Of a DNA stretch of 64,000 nt, positions 40,471 to 52,212 are shown piece by piece. This DNA is from Lama glama (taxonomy: Eukaryota). The first letter of the stretch is position 1; every line of letters starts with the position of its first letter. A model generated the notes under the pieces. It saw only the letters and a list, made by a program, of their open reading frames with translations. It did no database searches and was not told where the DNA came from. The stretch spans positions 97,280,001 through 97,344,000 of the forward strand of contig CM052817.1 in the NCBI GenBank assembly GCA_028534125.1, written 5' to 3'. Both the position numbers and the translations under genes were made by a program.

Positions 40471-41092
40471 TAATTTTAAACCAGGAGAACTTTTTTTGGG
40501 GGGGGATTTGGGGAGTATATTTTATTTTTTGTTGTCATGAGACAAAGTTCTCCTTAAACGATGGTTAGTGTAGGAGCTTAGCTATGTTTTAGAATCATGC
40601 TTTTTTTTCTCTTCTTGAAGTATTAGTAGTCCCAAAAAAGCAGTATCTATCAGCAACTGGATTTTGAGACTAAAATTATCCTTTTCCTCCATTTTTACCA
40701 ACATATTTCCTCCTTGCCAAGTTATGAGGGCGAAATACACGTTCTTTCCCTTTTGTATATAATCTCTCAGTTGGCAGACGGCCACAACCAGCAGCAGTGG
40801 GCAAACACGAGACCTGAATCGACTCTTCTGTGTTTCTAAGACTAGACTAGGGCAGCTCTGGGGAGGGTTCCACCCCCACCCCCACCTCAGGTCACCTTGG
40901 GAAGAGCAGAATATAATTTATCATTCCCCCTCCTCAGGAAATGGGAAAAACTGAATACACTACAGGAGGCCTGAATAGGACTGTACTATGAGGTAGACCA
41001 GTTGCATGCTGCCCCACCATCGTCCCTGCCCAGACTGTAGAGGCTGAGGTAAATTACCACCCAGCTAACAGTGGCTTCCTATATGCATTTCT

Positions 41093-41222
41093 TTTTTTGG
41101 GGGGGGGGTAGTCATTAGGTTTAGTTATTTACTTATTTTTAGAGAAGGTATTGGGGATTGAACCAGGACCTCATGCATGCTAAGCATGCACTCTACCACT
41201 TGAGCTATATCCTTACCCCTCA
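41093..41222 (-). mobile_element. Camelid-type tRNA-derived SINE
   Basis: Reverse complement of ggatatagctcaagtggtagagtgcatgcttagcatgcatgaggtcctggttcaatcccc. Exact TSD ATATGCATTTCT at 41081-41092 and 41223-41234. Confidence 0.92.
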
Positions 41223-41879
41223 ATATGCATTTCTGTATAAATATTTCTGTGTTCCTGTCTGCTCTAGGAATCAGCATTTGTGCTCTGCTTTTCAAATCTC
41301 CAGTCTCAGCTGAAAAGGAATGGTTGATGCAGCTAATGAAATCTTACAGGCTTTTCATAGAGGTGAAATGATAACTTAATATTAGAATAATTCACTTTGG
41401 ATGTGTACCATTAATATACAGAACTAGCAATGGGTATCCCTTAAAAATAAAATCTCAGAAAAGTTATTTGAAGGTTTAGAGATACTATAAATATAGTGCA
41501 GATGATTTAACAATCAGGAATAATACTCATATTTTATTAAGTTCTGAGCATTTAAAAAAGTCAAACGATTTTGGGGAAGTGTGGTACATAGCTAGACACT
41601 TGTGGTCACAATTATAATGCATCATATGTAGAGTAGTCACACCATTTACTAGCCCGACACGTTAAAAAAATAATAAAATGTCAAAGCAATACTATACATA
41701 CTAGTGGGAAAAATTCATTATTAAAATTTAAAATGTAACCTTATTCTATTAATGCTGCTTTGCTATAGAACATGCTACAGGTTTCCTTACGTCATTTGTT
41801 TGTGTTGCTGGATTTTTTTTTTTAAGGATTATTATTGAAACACTTTTGAGTGTGAAAGGAGAAGCTATAAAAAATGCCA

Positions 41880-41938
41880 CCAAGACAACAGGCTTCATCC
41901 CAAACTATCCCAGGCAAACTGGGACACATGCTCACCCT
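41880..41938. mobile_element. MER94/MER81-like hAT-Blackjack end
   Basis: tcccaggcaaactgggacacatgctcaccct terminus. Confidence 0.5.
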
Positions 41939-43680
41939 CGTTATAAGCAACTCACTATAAAATCACTGAAAATTAATGGAATTTAGCTACAGTTCTCAAT
42001 TCTTTCTGGGCTGTAATGAAGTCTCCAATACTTAGTCTCAAGCTTTTGCCTTTGGGACACTTTGGCCATCAGCAGGGAGAAGCTAAAAGGGTCTCTTTTT
42101 AAATCCCATCCCTTGACTCTGATATTTTACATTTGTACCTTTAACATCCTTATATTTGTATTTATAATATAGATATCAAATGCCACTGAAATATGAAATT
42201 CAATGAACAGTATTGAATATAGTAAAATAGATTATAATTTATCAAATGAGAATTAGGATAATCACCCAGTGGTGAAATTTTGAAAACAACATTCCAATTC
42301 TAGGGAGGATACTTTCACTTTCCAATTGGGTAATTTAATTGTTTAAGAAATTTTGCCAAAAACAACAATTTTGAGACTCAGAGTGTACATTTAAACTAGA
42401 AATCCAAAATAGAAACTAAAAGTAAACTTGGAGATGTTCCCCACATTTACCTCATTTGGGTAGCCCTAGAATTTGAATAACATTTCAATTTCTTTTACGG
42501 TCTCCTCACCCTAAAAATATCATAATTAAAATTCTCAGCAGCACTTATGTCCACAAATGTTAAGACCCAAATCAAGCTAAAAGATTAAGAACAGCTGGAA
42601 TTTATAAACCAAAAGGCTTTTCTACTTTGGTAAAGTGATTATAATGAAGTGTGGCACAATTTTATGAACTTATTAGTCCGACTAGATGAATTTACATTCT
42701 GCAGCACTTCAATAACTTTAGAAGTTGGAGCACTGCCCAAAAACAAAATGGGAAATTTTTTCCTGTTACTTTTTATGCAGAAGTCAAAATGATTTATATT
42801 TAAAAATTAAATTACAGAATAAAATACATGGCATTAAAACTCAAGCTAAGAATACTAATGCATAAAGTTGATACACTTTATAGAGTAGAATAGTGTGATA
42901 TTTTTCTTTTGTGGAGCCAAAATTGTTTATAATAGGTGAGTAAAAGCAATGTGAATTTCCCTGGCAGGAAACAAGCAGTATACTTGCTAAAACTATTTCC
43001 AATGAACTTCCAATCTGTTAGCATCATTCATTTAAATACTCTAATACTAAGATTAAACATGGGTTAAATATGGGTTCTGACAGTTTACTCCATTTACACA
43101 AAATATCACAAGGAGAAATTTATGTACATTCTGAGGATCTCAAATGAGAAATCTCAGTATAAACTTTTCTACTAATATTTAGAGCAAACTGAGGAAACCA
43201 TCAAACACATTTTTCCCTTTCCCTAACTGATCAATAGCATTACTGCTATTTTAAATTATTATTTTAAATGTTTGTCTAAAATTACAAACTCTATTTGCAA
43301 AAGTATCAACTTTCAGGCATCCTCATCTGGTACGCTGAGTACTAGAACCCCGATGAGGGAGGAGGCACTGCTTAGCCACTTAAAAAGCCCCTCGGCAGGA
43401 AAGACTATGCAGTCCCAGGTGGAAATGACACTCAAATTTATCTCTGATACCTGTTTCCCAAAGCCAAAATAATGTTTTCCATCAGCTAAATTTTACCACT
43501 GGACTGATCCTGTAAGTCAAAAATGAGTTTAGTTTCTTAATGTCATCCATAAGAATGCGAGGAATTTGAGCAAATCCCTACCACCAACACCGGCATCAAA
43601 AGAAGTCATTCTGCCAGACAGAGGAGAGGTCAAGAAAACCAACACCACAATGTAACTGAAGTAAGCTATCAAAAGCATGA

Positions 43681-43764
43681 GGGGGTGGGTATAGCTCACT
43701 GGCAGAGTGTGTGCTCAGCATGTACAAGGTCCTGGGTTCAATCCCCAGTACCTCCATTAAAAAA
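43681..43764 (+). mobile_element. Camelid-type tRNA-derived SINE (short form)
   Basis: A-box-like TAGCTCACTGG, B-box GGTTCAATCC, poly(A). TSD aaaagcatgagg and aaaagtgtgagg. Confidence 0.9.
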
Positions 43765-43799
43765 AAAAGTGTGAGGACAATTCAAAAATAGTAATAGAT

Positions 43800-43930
43800 A
43801 TAAATATTCAATATCTTGTAACAACCTATAATGAAAATGAATGTATGTATGTATATATGACTGAAACATCATGCTATGCACCAGAAACTGACACATTGTA
43901 ACTGACTACTTCAATTAATAAATTGCATCA
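43800..43930 (+). mobile_element. Young L1 extreme 3' end
   Basis: atattcaatatcttgtaacaacctataatgaaaat...caccagaaactgacacattgtaactgactacttcaat matches 8166-8293. Confidence 0.85.
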
Positions 43931-44109
43931 AAAAATCATAATCAGATGTTGGATTACAGTACACTGCAGAGACCCACCCAGTTCAAGAGATAATAAGCTT
44001 CCATTTTCCTTCCATAGTTAAATTTTTAAATATTGTATTTTCCAAGATCTGATACAAGACACACATTAAAAAACTATCCATGACTTTGAAGAGACCTTAG
44101 TACTGAGGT

Positions 44110-44600
44110 TTCCAGATCATTTATTCATGCCCCCACAGTGCACTATGCACTGTGCTATTACTTGCAGGAATAAAAGACGAGAGCAGGCACACTCCTGCTC
44201 TTGGCAGTGTGGCAGGAAGACAGAAACAGGCCATTTTACGACCTGTGATGGCACAAACTCAGGTGTCGCGGGACACACCGGAGTCAAGGAAGCCTCCCGA
44301 GGCAGCCACCTCTAACAGAGAACTGAAGCCCTGGAAGGGACCAGCTGGTACAGATCAGAGAGAGGGAGGATGAAAGGGGATCAAGCAGATGTGGGTAAAG
44401 GCCCCGGAGTGGGGCGGGCAGCAGACACACACCTGGGAGGGATGGATGCTTTCATGAGCTGAGTGCGGCCGAGGAGTAGATCCTGAGGCTGGAGTAGGAA
44501 GTGATGCAGCTCAGGAGGAAGGCAGGTTTCAAAGCTCCTGTATCACACCGAGGAATTCTGAGGAAGGTTGAAAAGCAAAGCCAAGGAGATGCGCAAATTC
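44110..44600 (-). mobile_element. L2 fragment
   Basis: atttattcatgcccccacagtgcactatgcactgtgcta...aaaggccccggagtgggg...gaggctggagtagg. Confidence 0.55.
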
Positions 44601-44895
44601 TAGGTTGGTTCATCTGCTTGCCTGTTATCTGCTACCCGGTGCCACTCTTCCTGCACAGTGAGCCAGTCAAGGTGGTGTTTCTGCAACACCATTAAATGTC
44701 ATGCACTTTTCACTGAAGGCCAGGCACTCAGACAGGGAAAGATGAGTTTGGGCAACACGGTCCATGACGTTTGGGACCCGCAGGCCTTCTGCAAGGCGTG
44801 GAGTCTTTAGTTAAGCACTGGGTCCTGCCTCTTCCTTCACCTGACTGCTGACACACTGTTTATCTCCCCACCTTGGAGGGCATCCAAGTCCGTCT

Positions 44896-45745
44896 CTTTT
44901 ATTTTATTTTTGTCATTCTACAGTTTTATTTACACAACCAGTGAATGGCATGTTCTTAGAAGACCAGCTTTAATCCTCTTCAAATATATTAATATAAGAA
45001 GCCAGATTGTCATTATACAGCAAATGAGGCTACTGGCCTTCACACAGGCTGCCAAGTTCCATATCCGGGTGGTACTGACATCAGAGAAGTTTCCAAAATG
45101 GGAAACTGCTGCCTAAGATTGGTTGTCCCCGACGACCAGTATTTGCTGTATTCACAGCGAGGTACTGGAGTTGCTGCATGTCATTAACTGGGACCTCTTG
45201 CAACAACTCAACAAGGAACAAGGCAGCCCACAAAGGCAGAAAACGTGATTCCTGAAACATACCTAGCAGGCTGTTCTCCATACTGCTGCACTATTTGATC
45301 ATGCGTAGGCTTCACAAATGCATCCTACTGTTCTGCAGGTTTTGTATTCAACATTTCTTCATGCTCTTCTTGAACCTTCTCTTCACGTTCTTTCAGGAAA
45401 CGTTTACTGTTCATCCCAACCTGCTGTAGAGTGAGCAAGGGCTGTTCTTTTTTTCATGGTGAGGATGTTGCTGACGGAGACACTGGTGAAGCTGGTCCGC
45501 TGAGGAGAAACGCACCTGGCCATGCGTCAGAAATACAACACGGACCTATCTGTTGGGAACCAGTTTCTAAATGTCTTCTCTTCTGCCGAAGGGAGAGAGT
45601 CTCTGGTTGAGACTAGTGAGAGCAGGGCCACGAGTGGACAGAGGACGTCAAGAGTCTGCTGCGAGCTCCAAGTTCCTAACGCATGAAAGGCACCATGGCA
45701 ACTGCGCAGACGCATGGGACTAAGCCGCCAGGAAGCGCCGCTCAT
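44896..45745 (-). pseudogene. AKIRIN2: Processed pseudogene (retrocopy) of akirin-2, N-terminal half of the CDS missing
   Basis: Minus strand 45585-45250 translates to [109 protein letters not shown], matching the AKIRIN2 C-terminal half (…SYVS end). No introns. In-frame stops at 45454-45456 and 45325-45327. Native stop changed to GGA. 3'UTR with AATAAA (44925-44930) and a decayed poly(A) (44896-44911). Confidence 0.93.
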
Positions 45746-45789
45746 GCCCTGAAGAGTTACCTTTCACCATCAAAAACGTATTTTTATTG

Positions 45790-46080
45790 AGAACGTTATG
45801 CTAAATGAAATAAGGCAGCCACAAAAGGACAAATACTGTATGATTCCAGAGGGGTCAAATGCCTAGAGACAAGAAGGAGCCTGCTGGCTGGCAGGGGATG
45901 GGGGCGAGAAATGGGGACTTCGTATTTAGTGCGTAGAGTTTCAGCTGGGAAAGACGAAGAGTTGAGATACAGGTTGGCGATGGCTGAACAACAATGCGAA
46001 TGTACTTAATGCTGCTGAACTGTACCCTTAAGATGGCAACATTTATGTTCCGTGTATCTTACCAAGGTTTACCAAAAAAA
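45790..46080 (+). mobile_element. L1MB-type 3' end
   Basis: ttatgctaaatgaaataaggcagccacaaaaggacaaatactgtatgattcc...atgtacttaatgctgctgaactgtac. Confidence 0.85.
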
Positions 46081-47835
46081 AGTAACGACGGGCACTTACC
46101 GAACTAGCACAAAGTAGTGCGGTAGTGCCCGCTGCTGGCGGGGATGGAGGAAGGGCGCTCAAATACGCGACTGGTGGAAATGTGAATTATTTCAATCTTT
46201 TGGAAAGAAACTTAGCAACATTTCTTAAAATTAAAATCCTCATTTGATTCAGAACTCTTAGTCTAGAAACAAATCAAATATAAAAAGTATAAGGAAATAC
46301 ATATTTTCCCACGTGTCAAAAAAAAATCTTCTTGGAAGCATTCTCTCTCCATTTTTAGGAAGAGTCCCTGACACATATATTTTTCATGACTGCGGGCCCT
46401 GCCTTTATTGCACAGTAAAGCAAACATAACACCAATTGGCTCTCATCTAATTTCCTGCTATGCTCAAAGCATAGCTGTTTTCTGAATTCCTCGTCGTTTT
46501 TTCCCTAAAATTTTACAGAAAATATTTTCTTATATAAGCAGGAGAAAAGACTACTTGTTAGAAAGCTGGCTAATCAATGTGATTTTATCATCAAATCAAC
46601 TCTCCTCTAGGATGAGGAGTTTGAAGTCTGTTACAAAGTAAAGAGAAATAATGCCAACATACAAGAAGCTGAAAATGTAAGTGAATCACATTGAGCTTCA
46701 AACATTTAATTTTCCAAAATATTTTGCCCAATCAGAAATGTTATGCCTACTCAATGAGACTAACTTAAGGCATAAATGAAATACTATTAAAATGATCCTA
46801 ATAAAATCAGAAAACATAAATTGGTTGCAAAAAGGTTACCATTTTAGGTAGCATGATTTTTCCAGATTTTTTTTCATTTAAAAAAATAGGTAGTTGGCTG
46901 TTCCCTTCTATACAGGCTTTTTTTTTTTTTAAACATCTGAGAAATACAGCCCCCTGATAAACAGGATCTCTCAAGTACCACTAATAAGTTGATTACTATT
47001 ACAAAAAAGAACTGAGAGCACAGTTAATTTGACTTCATTTAACTGCCTCAGTGATTAGTTTTAAAAAGGATTTGTAGGATCCACTTAGTACCCTGAGTTC
47101 TGCTTGAGACCAGACCTGTCTCCCTGGATTTCTAGGGCTCTAGGCACCTCCTTACACACTGAGGAAGAACCTGTACCAACTGAAGCCTCGCTTATCATTT
47201 ATGTCATTTTCAGGTCAACGAATACAGACTTCCATATAGCGGGCTCTCTTTAAAGGGGGTACACTTGAATAGTTCCCAACAGTACTCCTAACTCGCTCCC
47301 CCTGGCCCTAAATATGTCCAAAGAGTCGACAATGACATATTCATAATTGAAAACATGAAGCCATTCTGACTTCTTACGATGAAGTAGAGCATTTGGAAGT
47401 CTTGGAATGCAAATCATCTGATGATTTAAATGTGTGCCAAGTGTGACGTTGGTACCAGTTTATTGAAGAAGAGTACTGTATGATTACTGTTGCAATTTCT
47501 GCAACTGAAAAGTTTCTTGTGGTTAGAGCACTTATAACTGGCATTGGGTACAGAGTTATTATGACGGATTGGTTTGAGGGACAGTCATGGACGTTAGAGA
47601 AGGGGTTTATATCACAGTGAATTCTTGCTGACGTGTACCTACAGGGTCAGGCCACAGGTATAGGTGGAGCTGGCAGTTAACTCCTGACAAAACTACCCCC
47701 TTGACAGATGGAGACCAGAGTCCTATCCTGAGACATTTATTGACTTCCTTGGTTTCAGGGGCTAGTGTCACAAACACCATCCTCAGTAAACGGCACCCTC
47801 TTAATCTTAGTGTACATACTTGCTTCTAAGTCAGC

Positions 47836-47985
47836 ACTATATTCAATATCTTGCAGTAACCTATAATGAAGAAGAATATGAAAAGGAATAGATGTATGTC
47901 TCTGTATGACTGAGCATTATGCTGTACACCAGAAATTGACACAACACTGTAAGCTGACTGTACTTCAATTAAAAAATAAAAAACC
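47836..47985 (+). mobile_element. Young L1 extreme 3' end
   Basis: actatattcaatatcttg...tgctgtacaccagaaattgacacaac...ctgactgtacttcaattaaaaaataaaaaa. Confidence 0.85.
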
Positions 47986-48984
47986 ATTACACATTAAAAC
48001 AAAACAAAACAGCTGTAGGTTTGGGGATGAGATGGGTGGGCATCTCAGGAATTTTCAGGGGAAACCACTAGAAGACTATATAAATAATTTTGGATGATGT
48101 AAATTAAATCTACTTTAAAATTTTTAACCAAGGGGCACACCCTCTTTCCACTCTCCTCCAAAATTCCAGGCTCACGGTGTCAGCTACTTTGTCAGGGACT
48201 GGCACTGGCTTTGGAGTCAGATGCAAGTTTGAGTGTCTAAGCTTTATCACTGATCAGCTGGGTCCCTCGCCAAAGCCACTCAATGGCAAGCATTTGCTGG
48301 TATGAAGTCACATACAGACATAAACCGTTACTGTCATAACAGTATATGAAGAAACGGAGGTGAGTTTCCCTGCGTTTTCCTCCTTAGCAGCAATTCCACA
48401 TGATCTTAACATAGGCTGCCAGTGTATTTTGGTTTCTGCAGATCTGGTCTTGAAGGGGGAGAAACTGTCTAATATTTTTATTAATTACTGCATTCCCTTC
48501 TTTTTCTTCTAAAAGTTTTTTGTTTTTAAAGGACACTTCCATATTAAGCCTAGGTGGGCAGAATTTTTGTAAAATTGTTTTAAGTTAGAATTTAAATTAC
48601 CCTTTTGAGGAAAAATTACAGTTTCGGGTTTTTGATCTGTGCCTACACCTAATATCATGCAGTGAATCTCTTCCACAAAACAGTATTATAGCTTTTAATG
48701 TCACCCATCACCCTATTTGATAATAAAACAGGGCTATTTGCACAACTGGAAAAGCCACTTGCCCTAGGTCTACATCTAATTTCAGTGGTATTTGTTCCCA
48801 CCAGGATTCAAAACAGCCCTTTTATTGGCGCCAAATACAAGTTTTATATTCAGTATGTGTGCAGGGGCGTTGGAATCGGACATATAAAATTATTGCCCCT
48901 TGACATCTTCTACACTAATCCATCAAGGAACCCCTTAGACAGCTTTGCATAAGCTGTGGTCTTTGTCCAGTCTGACAAGCAATA

Positions 48985-49420
48985 AGAGCACTGTGAACAG
49001 CTATCATTTTGTTAACGTTTACAACATGCCAGGTAATTGGCACATACCATCTCTCACCGCTAAAACATCACGAGTTATTACCCATCTCCATTTAACAGCT
49101 AGGAATCAGGGAGAGGCTGGTAACTGGCTCAGGTCTCGGGGCCAGCAGAGCCACCTGTAGAACTGAATAGAGTCTGGAGTCAAGAAGACCTGCCTGCAAC
49201 TCCTACCTCTGTCATTCACTGCGTGACTGTGGACAAATGGCTTAAGTCCTCGAATTAACTTCCCCATCCAAAAAAGATACTACTTAACACCAACAGAAAC
49301 TGTTCATAAATAAAACCAAGGAATGTCCATTTCAGTGCCTAGCTCACAGTCCCATTCGGTAAATGTTCACGTGATCAGCACGAGCTACAGCAACATCAGA
49401 ATTTGAACACAGGGTCCTAA
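48985..49420. mobile_element. MIR fragments in both orientations
   Basis: Antisense gtttacaacatgccagg...cccatctccatttaacagctaggaatcagggag. Sense tctggagtcaagaagacctgcc...gcgtgactgtggacaaatggcttaa. Confidence 0.6.
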
Positions 49421-49509
49421 GGTTATGATGGGTGCATCCACACTAGATCTGAAAAATGAGAGGCCATCATCTAGTTTCCATCACAATTAAGAAAAAGTGT
49501 ATGTTACAA

Positions 49510-49750
49510 AAACAAAGCATATAAAGACAAAGTATAATTGTCATTCACAGGGGCTAGGGGGAGGGAAGAGTGGGGTGTGATTGTTTATTGGATACAGAAT
49601 TTCAGTCTAGCAAGATGAAAAGAGTTATGAGGATCGCAGGTGGTGATACCTGCACAACCATGAGAATGTATTCAATACCACTGAACTGTGCATTTAAAAA
49701 CGGCAAGATGTAAATTTTATGTTACGTGTATTTTACCACAATAAAAATCA
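49510..49750 (+). mobile_element. L1MB-type 3' end
   Basis: caggggctagggggaggg...atacagaatttcagt...ccactgaactgtgcattt...ttttaccacaataaaaa. Confidence 0.8.
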
Positions 49751-51773
49751 AAACCCAAACCTAAAGTAAACATTAAGCTTCATTAGCTCAATCTGGAAAT
49801 ACTGTCTTTGCTGGAAATTCTACATAAGGAAATGGAATTATGATCTATTTTAAATATAACAGAATTATTTTATTACATGAGCTTAGCAGAATCTTAAACA
49901 GTGGTAAGAATATTTATCCTTTGATTTACTTGTATAAAATAAGTCACTACCTGGGATTAATTTCCAATTGATTTCTTAATTAGCCATTTAGTAAGAACGA
50001 GTGGGTACATGCCATGTGTTCTAGAAACCTGAAGGTAACAGCATGGTTGGCATCTCCTCATCGGACGTGATAAAAGAAGGCAGAGAGCCCTTTCTGGGAC
50101 TTCTAGAGGCAACAATTTCTACTTTAAAAGAGCCTGGTCTATAGTAAGCAGCATGGCTACAACATACACACCTCTATGCATAGTGACATTTTCTTTAGCA
50201 ACTGTTCTCCCCAAAACAAATCATACAGAATGGAGAGCAGAATGATGTCACGGTACAACTACTAAAGAAAAAACTACATATGAAAAATGTTTACTAATGT
50301 CTCAATTTAAATCTCAACTGCACTTCAGTAACTGTAAAAACACATAGCACAGAGTTGATTTTTAAAAAATCTTTATTGTTATCTTCTGATAAATTAAAGT
50401 TTTTGACTTAAAAAAATCTTTATTGAAAGCACAGTCACAAATATCCAAAGCAACATTCTTCTTGTAGTCTGGCTAGCAACTGAGGATCTTCTAAAAATCC
50501 AAATCAGATATGTTGAGTACATTTAATTTAACAATTTTAAAGGGAAAGCTGATTGAAGGAATTCTGTACCTAAAAACACTTAACAATGGTATAATTATTA
50601 TACTTACATAATTATTTCCCCATCTATTCTCTTTTGAAAACAGTGATTTTTATCTCTACTAATATTCTTTAGGTGACTATCCTTTTTAAATTGTAATTTC
50701 AGGTCATATTGGATAGTGAAAAAAAAAGCAGAATTAGTATTTCTGTAATGGTAAGTTATAGTAAAGATAAAATAGCCTACTCTGCTTTCTTACATAAACG
50801 AAGAGAAACTCTTCTACGTTACACTTCTGACATTCTCCCGCCACAACAGGAAAGACAATTTGCCTGATTTTTCAAATAGTTTAAAAACTGTTTTAATTTT
50901 CTGGTTTGTTTTACAAAGGATGCATTAACGGCTCAATAGAGGTTAATTTCTGTTACGAAAATCATGTCTTTTTTTGGTTCCCATCCCTACCCTGTGGGTT
51001 ATGACTGTAAATTACAACTTACTCAGTCTATTAAAAAAACAAAAAGCTATCAGTACCTGAAAACTCTAACTGTCTACCTAGTAAACTGGATTCGACAGCA
51101 AGAAACTTTGTAAAAGAGGAACTCTTTTCCCGGTTCTATTTGATTTTTTCCACAATTTATGCTGCTTCATGGAAAAAGACAAAGTTAATCTCTAAAGTGC
51201 ATTATGATTATTTTTGCTTTATATGTAATTTTCAAGATATAGTAGAGGATAAAAAGAATGCACACTGTCTAGAATTTTTTAAAAGTGTGGTATCTGGAAT
51301 CCCCATGCCTTTCTGTTAATATGAATGGACTGCTGTGCATACCCAGGGCCTAGGACTTAGTAAGTACCCAAGAGACGCTGGCTGAACTGAAGGAACGTGC
51401 CTGGTTTCTGTCTGGGTCAACACTGTGGATACATGTAGCACATCTTCCTTCCCATTTTCCATGTTCACTTCGTCCCATATTGGCTCTGGCCCTGTTGGTT
51501 CCTTGCCTCTCCACTGCCTTCACAGCACCTGCTTCTGATTTGATTCTCCAAGTTCTGGACCTAATTCTTCATGTTTCAGTAACATCTGACCTTAGTCATG
51601 ATCAAAGCTCTGATCTGGGAGATGTTAGTTAAATTAGGCATAGGTCAACTCTTTCAATATTTGGGAGCTGTAACCATAAATATTTTGAGTTTTAAGTATC
51701 CCCAATGATGGCTTTAAAGCACTTCAAACCAATCTAAATCTAAATGTTCTGCTGCCACATTTGATTGCACTTT

Positions 51774-52212
51774 CTTCATTGAAGTACAGTCAGTTACAAT
51801 GTGTCAATTTCTGGTGTACAGCACAATGTCCCAGTCATGCATATACATACATATATTCGTTTTCATATTCTTTTGCACTAAAGGTTATTATGAGATATTG
51901 AATATAGTTCCCTGTGCTACACAGAAGCTTTTTTTTTAAATCTATTTTTATATATAATGGTTAACATTAGTAAATCTCAAACTCCCAAGATTTATCCCTT
52001 CCTACCCCCTTTCCCTGGTAACCACAAGACTGTTTACTAAGTCTATGAGTCTGTTTCTGTTTTGTAGATGAATTCACAGTATGGAATACCACTCAGCCAT
52101 AAAAAAGAATAAAGTAATGCCACTTGCAGCAACATGGATGGACCAAGAGATCATCATTCTAAGTGAAGTAAGGCAGAAAGAGAAGGAAAAATACCATATG
52201 ACATCACTCATA
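51774..52212 (-). mobile_element. Young L1 3' fragment with 5' inversion
   Basis: 51774-52076 is antisense L1 3'UTR, and 52077-52212 is the adjacent upstream L1 segment in sense orientation. Diverged TSD tgattgcacttt and tgattacatttt. Confidence 0.88.

Noticed and set aside
20815..40813. Phase-compatible chain of minus-strand exon candidates (about 40813-40699, 33712-33586, 20902-20815)
   Set aside because: The joined peptide matches nothing I recognise, the first acceptor is purine-rich, and I chose the pieces after the fact.
42451..42510. 60-nt minus-strand segment with plausible splice sites
   Set aside because: Stops in all three frames and no independent support for a poison exon.
43681..43755. 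tRNA-like sequences with A and B boxes (also near 5211, 7000, 41093 and 52940)
   Set aside because: They have A-rich tails, flanking target-site duplications (exact in some copies, diverged in others) and no proper acceptor stem, so they are SINEs rather than tRNA genes.
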